From Phaeosaccion multiseriatum (taxonomy: Eukaryota; Protista; Ochrophyta, other classes): a stretch of DNA of 64,000 nucleotides. The stretch lies in assembly GCA_965112735.1 (NCBI GenBank), contig OZ218962.1, forward strand, positions 2,232,001-2,296,000, read 5' to 3'. How positions within the stretch are numbered: the stretch's first letter is position 1; each line of letters opens with the position of its first letter. The notes under the pieces are model-generated. The model saw only the letters and a program-made list of their open reading frames with translations. It had not been told where the DNA came from and did not search any database. A program made the translations under genes and the position numbers. Shown here in pieces: positions 57,129-64,000 of the stretch.

Positions 57129-60100
57129 CCTCCCTCCGACCCGGCTCTGTTGTTCGTTCTCATTTATCCCCGCGTTTTCCCCCTCACTCCCCCCCTCCAC
57201 CCTTCCCCTTCACCCCCTCCTTCCACCCTTGCCATTATTCTTTCCCTCCCTCCCTCCCTCCCTCCCTCCCTCCCCTCCCTTCCTCCCCCCTCCTTTGCTT
57301 TTCATGTCTCCTCCCCACCCCCCCATCCCCCCACTTTGCCCTTTCTGTCAGACACAAGCCCAGGTATACATGGCCACAGTCCCTCCAGGCGTCAGGGAAG
57401 GGGAGGAGTTCAACGTGCTTGTCAATGGAAAGACCATCGCAGTGACATGCCCCGCCAATGTCAGGCCCGGAATGCAGGTGAGTGGGTCAAGGAGGGAAGA
57501 GGATGAAGGGGAATTGAGGGAGGGAGGGGAGGAGGGGAGGGAGGGAGGGGAGTGGGCGAGGGAGGGAAGGAGGGAGGGATGGAGGGAGGGAGGGAAGGAG
57601 GGAAGGAGGGAGGGAGTGAACGAGTGAGTGAGTGAGTGAGTGAGTGAGTGAGTGAGCCAGAGGGCGAGCCCAAGCCTAACAAGGAGGGACGGTGCATCGG
57701 TGCAGCAGTACGTAAGCTTAAAACAAGTTTGCTCCCTCTTGGGGGGGGGCATCTGTGAATATCTATCGCAGATTCGCATTCGCCTACCGGAGCAGACCGG
57801 GTCCAGCGGTGCGACCAACACTATGATGCATCAGACCTTCGAAGTGACTGTGCCCACCGGGGTTCGGCCGGGGCAGCCCTTCGCACTCATCGCCAACCAG
57901 CAGAGGTAGGAGGGAGGAGTGTGTTTGTGTGTTTGTGTGTGTGTGTGTGTGTTTGTGTGTGTAAGTGTGTCTGTGTGTGTATGTGTGTGTGTCTGTGTGT
58001 CTGTGTGTATGTGTGTCTGTGTGTGTCTGTGTGTGTGTGTGTCTTTCCCCCTCCTGGCTTCATTCAATCTCCCTCCTTTCTCTGTGAGGCACCCTCCTCT
58101 CCTCTCTCTCTCTCCTTCTCCCTCTCCTCCCTCTCCGTCCCTGTTTCCCTCTCTCACTCCATCTCACCTCTCTCCTTCCTCTGTGAGGTAGTCCACTCTA
58201 CTCTCTACTCTATCCCTCTCTCTTCCTCTCCGTCTTTCTCTCCTTTCTTCCCCTCTCGCTCTCCCTCTCTGTCCCTTCTCTCTCCCTTCCTTCCTCTTTG
58301 CCGCCCTTCTGCCCACACGTCTTTGTGATACCCAATTTGAGGAAAAGTTAACACCCACCCACGCCTCATATGAAACCGTCGATTGATCAAAACATATTCT
58401 ATGTATTCACGCACGCACAAAAAGGGTGATGGTGCACTGCCCACAGGATGCCCGGCCCGGGCAAAAGATTCGCTTCCAGCTGCCCATTCAACTTAGCGAG
58501 CAGCAGCTGCAGACCTACAACATTCACTACAACAAGGGTGAGTGGGCCGAGGGAGGGAGGGAGGGAGGGAGGGAGGGACGGAAGGAGGGAAGGAGGGAGA
58601 GAGGGAGGGAGGGAAGGAGGGAGGGAGGGAAGGAGGGAGGGAGAGGGAGAGGGAGGGAGGGAAGGAGGAAATTAGGAAGGGAGAGCAGGTCATGTTGACA
58701 AGGATGTGCTCATACCAGAGGTGTGCTCATGCGAGCCCCGACAGGGGTGTGCCCGTGCTTCACCTCCGGGGGTGTTGGCCGTAGTAGCAGACATTCTTGG
58801 GCCGTGCCCCCCTTGGCTGCGCATGTGTGTGTGTGCATGTGTGTGTGTGGGTGCGTGTGTGTGCGTGTGTGCATGTGAAGGGGTGTGTGTGTGTATGTGT
58901 GGATGTGCATCTAAACCTCTGCCTCTACCTCCCTCTCCCTCCCTCCCTTCCTCCTCCCTCCGTCCCTCCCTCCATCCATCCCTCCTTCCCTCCCTCCCTC
59001 CCTCCCTCTCACCAACGCCCCAGACGGATGGGTGCGATGCGTCGGCGCCGACCTCAAGTTCCATTGGGTCCGGCATGAAACAGACGAAGCCACAGATGGC
59101 GAAGGAGGAGGAGGGGGGAAGCTTCCCCCAGGAGCCGACACTTCCACGACCGAGGGAGAGGAAAGCTCAAGTCAGCAACCACACGTGAAACATCTTGGCA
59201 GCACCTTCAATGTCGAGGTGAGGTTTCCGCGTCGTTGTTGTTTTGGGGGAAGAGGGAAGTGTGGAGCGGGTGTTGGAAACATGCTTGTGTGTGTGTCCCT
59301 GTCCTCTGAACGTACGTTGCTTGGCTTGCGGTCTGTGTGTGTGCGTGAGTGTTTTGTATTCTGGCTTGCTTGCCAACTTCTCCTCGCGCACGCACACACT
59401 CACGCCGGCACTCACGCACACACTGTTTAACCTCACGCAACCCCTTGCACTTACTCAACCCCACCAACCCCTTCACCACACTAAACCGCTGTACCACCAA
59501 CCGCTGCACCACACCAACCGCTGTGCTGTAACACCCACCGCTGCGCTGCATCACCACCACCACCACCATCACCACCACCGCCACCACCACCACCACCATC
59601 ATCATCACCACCACCACCACCATCATCACCACCCACCTCAGGGGAGCGCCTTTGTGCGGAAGCTGACCTCCCACGGCCCTCGTCGCTGGGTGCTAGAGAT
59701 GGTCCCTGCGGGGGATGCGGTGCTTGAGGCCGCAGTGCCCAAGGCCAGCTTGACCTTCCAGGTGGGTGGGTGGGATGGCAGTGGATGGCCGTGCATGTGG
59801 ATGGATGATTGGTGGGATGACACTGGATGGGTGGTTGGTGGGACGGCGGAAAGATTGGCAACCATGGAACACTCAACCATTCAACCATCAAGCACACTCA
59901 AACGCCCGCCCCCTTCGAAACTCAAAACCTCAAACTCAAAAAACCCCACCAGAAACAAACTCAAACTCAAACACTCTCACTCTCCCTACCCTGCTACCCA
60001 GCACCTGAGTAAGGTCAGCACGCAACCCTTCGCAGACAAGGTGCGATGGTTCCAGCAGCAGTGTGATGTTCTGCGTGTACCCTGGGACGTCAGCCACCAG

Positions 60101-60313
60101 CACATCAAGGTTCGGAGACACAACTTGCTTGAGGATAGCATGCGGGCCGTCGAGACCATACCCACAGATGTGAGTGCGTGTGGAGTGGAGTGGAGTGGAG
60201 TGGAGTGGAGAGCGGGGTTGGGTGGGGGCTGGAAGGGAGGAGCAGGGTGGTGGGTGGTGTAGTGTGTAGTGCGGACACCTACGTACGAGTCTCTTGCTTT
60301 TTCACTCTACGCC

Positions 60314-60347
<34 letters not shown>

Positions 60348-63300
60348 GTATCACCAACTGCTACTGCTACTGCTGCTGCTGCCGTTGTTGGGGCAGGATA
60401 TGCGGCAACGGTTTCGCTTCGAGTTTATGGGCGAGCCGGGGGTCGATGCCGGAGGAGTAGCGAGGGAATGGTTCCAAGTGAGTGTAAAGGGTAAGGGGAG
60501 GGGGGAGGGACAAAAAACAATGTAAGGGTAAGGGTAAATGTAAGGGTTTTGCCTGCGTCTGCTTGCGCTTTGCTCTCCTGCATGCCTGCATTCGTTACTT
60601 TTCCTTCCTTCCTCCCTTCCTCCCTCCCTCCCTCCCTCCCTCCCTTCCCCCTTCTTCCGTCCGTCCGTCCGTCCGTCCGCCTTTCCATCCATCCATCACT
60701 CCTTTCCATCCTTCCTTTCTTCCTTCCTTCCTTCCTTCCTTCCTTTCTTCACTCCTCCCTCCCTGTCTCCCTCCCTCCTTTCGCTCCCTCCCTCCCCCTC
60801 CCCTCCCCTCCCTCCCTCCCTCCCAGTTGGTGACAGAGCAACTCTTCAACCCGGACATCGCCCTCTTCCAGCACAGCTCCATCAACCAAACCTGCATGCA
60901 GATTAACCCTTCCTCCGGTGTCGCCAACGAAGAGCACCTTGCCTTCTTCCACTTCGCCGGGCGGATGCTCGCAAAGGCGCTCTTTGACGGGCAGATCATT
61001 CCCGCCCACCTGGTGAGTATGGCGTTGCGTGTGGTGGGTGCGTGGGTGGGTGCGTGCGTAGGTGGGTGGGTGCGTGGGTATGTGCGTGCTTGTGTGGGTG
61101 CGTGGGTGTGTGGGTGGTTGGGTCGGTGTGTGGGTGGTTGGGTCGGTGGGTGGGTGGATGTGTGCGTGGGTGGGGGAGTACGTAGTGAGCGGGTCCGGGT
61201 GGGTGAGTAGTGAGCGGGTCGGATGGCTGAGTTGGAAGTGGGTCCAATGTTTAGTGAGCATACCCAACAGCACCACCCAGCATCAAGCATCGTTGTCATC
61301 ATTGGCCTTCTTCGCTACCCCATCCCGATGGTCGTTCTTAACCCCTCCCCTCCTCCTCCTCCTCCTCCTCCTCCTCCTCCTCCTCCTCCTTCCCCTTCAC
61401 ACTCCCCTCCCCTCCCCTCTCCTCCGCTCAAGGTTCGCCCAATGTACAAGCACCTGATGGGTTGGCCCATAGGCTTCAGCGACCTCGAACACATCGACAA
61501 CCACACACACGACTCCCTCCTCAAAATGGTCGAGATGGACGATGTCGAGGTGTGCTACCTCGATTTTACGGTTACAGAAGATAAGATGGGCAGCAACCAC
61601 GTGGTCGAGCTGAGGAAGGGAGGGGCGGACATCAGTGTCACCAACGCAAACCTCTTTGAGTATCTGGAGCTTGTGTTGAAGGTGAGTATGTGTGCGCGTG
61701 TGTGCGTGTGTGTGTGTGTGTCGGCGAGTGAGCAGAAGTCATCCCAACCCTCGGTGTTCGTGCATGTGTATGTTCGTGCGTGTGCGGGGCAAATCACAAC
61801 TCCCTCACCTCTTTGTCATCTCGCCATCTGCCTGATCTGTCCGCCTGCTCCTGTGTGTGTGTGTGTGTGTGTGTGTGCTTGTCTCCCTCCCTCCCTCTCG
61901 CCCTAACCCCCTTCTCTCTCTCATCCCTCCGCCCTCTCTTGTCTCCCTACCCCCCTATACACCCCCTTGCATCCCTCCCCATCCTCCTCCCACCCCTCCT
62001 CCTCCCGGCCACACACTCTCTAAAACCTTACTATACATATATGAACAGCACCGCATTATGGGGCGGATACGTGAGCAGCTGACCGCCTTCTTGGTCGGCT
62101 TCTACGACGTTATCCCCGAAGCCCTCCTCACTGTGTTCGACTTTCAAGAGCTTGAGCTGCTCATGTGTGGACTGCCGCGCATAGAGCTCGAGGATTGGAG
62201 GGTCAATACAGACTATGCCGGCTTCTTCGAGCGGCAGGGGCTCAAGCATAAGGTGGGGTTGGTTGGTTGGTTGGTTGGTGGGTGGGTTGCTGAGTGAGTG
62301 AGTGGGTGTGTGGGGGGGGGGTACGTGGGTAGGTAGGTAGGACGGTTGGTTGGGTTGGGTTGGGTTGGGTTGGGTTGGTTGGTTGGTTGTTTGGTCGGTT
62401 GGTTTGTTGGTTGGTGGGTTGGTTGGTTGGCTGTCTGGTTTGTTCGGTAGGGTGAGCGTTGGGGTGCAAGTATGTCTTTGGCAGTTGGGGAGATGTTACG
62501 GAACCTTACGTAGCCCGTGGTATAGTGCTGGATGATGAGTTGAGGTATGCCCTCAAGTGGCCGGAGCCTTGATCTGTAAGACTGAAACTGAAACTACTCC
62601 CTCCTCCCCCCACCACACACATACACGCACACACGCATGCACGCGGACACACGATCAAACACGCCTCTTCACACACCTACACACATACACTCACATCTCC
62701 ACACACACACACACACCCGCACACACTTCTATACACACACCTACACCCACACCCGCACACATACACACACGCACACACACGCACACACACACACGCACAC
62801 ACACGCACGCACACACGCACGCCAGGTTGTAAAGTGGTTCTGGGAGGTGCTGGAGGAGTTTGAGACAGAGCAGAAGGCGCGGCTCTTGCAGTTCGTGACG
62901 GGTACCTCTGGAGTACCCAGCCAGGGCTTTGCGGTGCTGCAGGGCAACGACGGAAACATACGCCGCTTCACCATCAACGGCGTCAGTCTATCGGGCGGAC
63001 TCTTTCCAAGAGGTGTGTGGAGAGGCTAGGAGGAGAGGGAAGAGAGGGAGGGAGGGAGAGAGGGAAGGAGGGAAGGAGGAAAGGAATGAGGGGGTAAGGG
63101 AATGAGGGAGAGCGAGAGAGAGACAGCTGAAGAGGGCGAGACAGGGCGCGCGGGCGGGAGGGAGAGAAGGAGACAGAGAGGAATGGAGACCCTGTCTTGT
63201 CTGCGCATCGCTGCTGCGCCAATACCTTAGCGCGAGAGTGATGCCCGGCGGGCTGAAGGAACAGAATGCACTGAAACTGAAATCCTAGCACCACTTCGTT

Positions 63301-63801
63301 CCTCCCTCCTCCCTTCTCCCACGTCCCACTCGCATACTCCGCCGTGCCTGCCCTCCGTGGGGATGGGAAACCCGTCGACGGTTTCGGTTTCCCCAATGGT
63401 CACCATGGCGTCCTCTCTCTCTTTCTCTCTCTGCAGCTCATACGGTGAGTGAGTGTGGCTCTGCATGGCAGTGAACTTGACAAGAAGTGGCGTTGTCGCC
63501 GCCCATAACAAACAATCACTTGAGATCGATAAGGGATCCTTGGGTCAGTAACTGAAACTAACGCACAGCTTGCCTGGGTGGGATGCTGGTCAGCACCGTC
63601 TCCTCCTCAAGTCTGATAAATCCCGCGTTCGCGCGTCCCCTCCCCTCCTCCCCCCCTCCTTCTCCTTCCTTCTCCTCCCTGTATCACCAACTGCAGTGCT
63701 TCAACCGCATCGACTTGCCGCTCTACGCCAGCCGGAGTGACCTCAAGCAGTACCTGTCACTCGCCATTCAGCTCGAATGCACGGGCTTCGACATCGATTA
63801 A
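55460..63801 (+). CDS. HECT-domain E3 ubiquitin ligase (NEDD4-like HECT) with N-terminal VP.GVRPGQ.F repeats, multi-exon
   Basis: IKVRRHNLLEDS, FEFMGEPGVDAGGVAREWF, INPSSG, FHFAGRMLAKAL, FDFQELELLMCG, VVKWFWEVL..LLQFVTGTSGVP, and PR|AHT|CFNRIDLP (catalytic Cys). Stop TAA at 63799-63801. Start codon inferred. Confidence 0.92.
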
Positions 63802-64000
63802 GTAAAGAGGGCCCGTCCCCGCACCTCCCAGGAGAAGGGAGGGAGGAGGGGCGGGGCGCAGTCGGGCACGGAGGGGGGAGGGCGCAAGGAGCAGCGACCG
63901 AATTCTGACCCACTCCGGTTCTTGGCCTCTTCATTCAACCCTCCACTTCGAAGCAAGCAGCGTACTGCACACACGCACGCACGCACGCTCCAGAGGTCTC

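Overview
Eukaryotic, intron-rich, microsatellite-laden genomic DNA. It most likely comes from a photosynthetic stramenopile (inferred from brown-algal-type vanadium haloperoxidases and a UROD with a signal peptide plus AF plastid-targeting motif). Left to right: xylulokinase (-, runs off the left edge); a tandem array of three complete secreted vanadium-dependent haloperoxidases (vHPO) plus one internally deleted remnant, interleaved with two intronless 7TM/GPCR-like paralogs, a TPR protein and a 92-nt near-perfect hairpin; an ankyrin-repeat protein (-); a CLC anion channel (-); an NRT2 nitrate transporter (-); FAM136A (-); a ~9.8 kb DNA transposon with ~150 bp TIRs; plastid-type uroporphyrinogen decarboxylase (+); and a HECT E3 ligase (+). 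The transposon encodes a spliced KDZ/Zisupton-type transposase apparently fused to a Ulp1 protease, plus a convergent orphan gene, and it sits in the short divergent FAM136A/UROD intergenic region. The most notable items are the vHPO/7TM/CLC neighbourhood (all three vHPOs carry Ala at the vanadate-binding Ser position), the hairpin behind a duplicated vHPO upstream region, and the apparently intact KDZ-Ulp1 element. Exon boundaries were read by eye and are unverified. Most short ORFs in the six-frame track are microsatellite or antisense artefacts.
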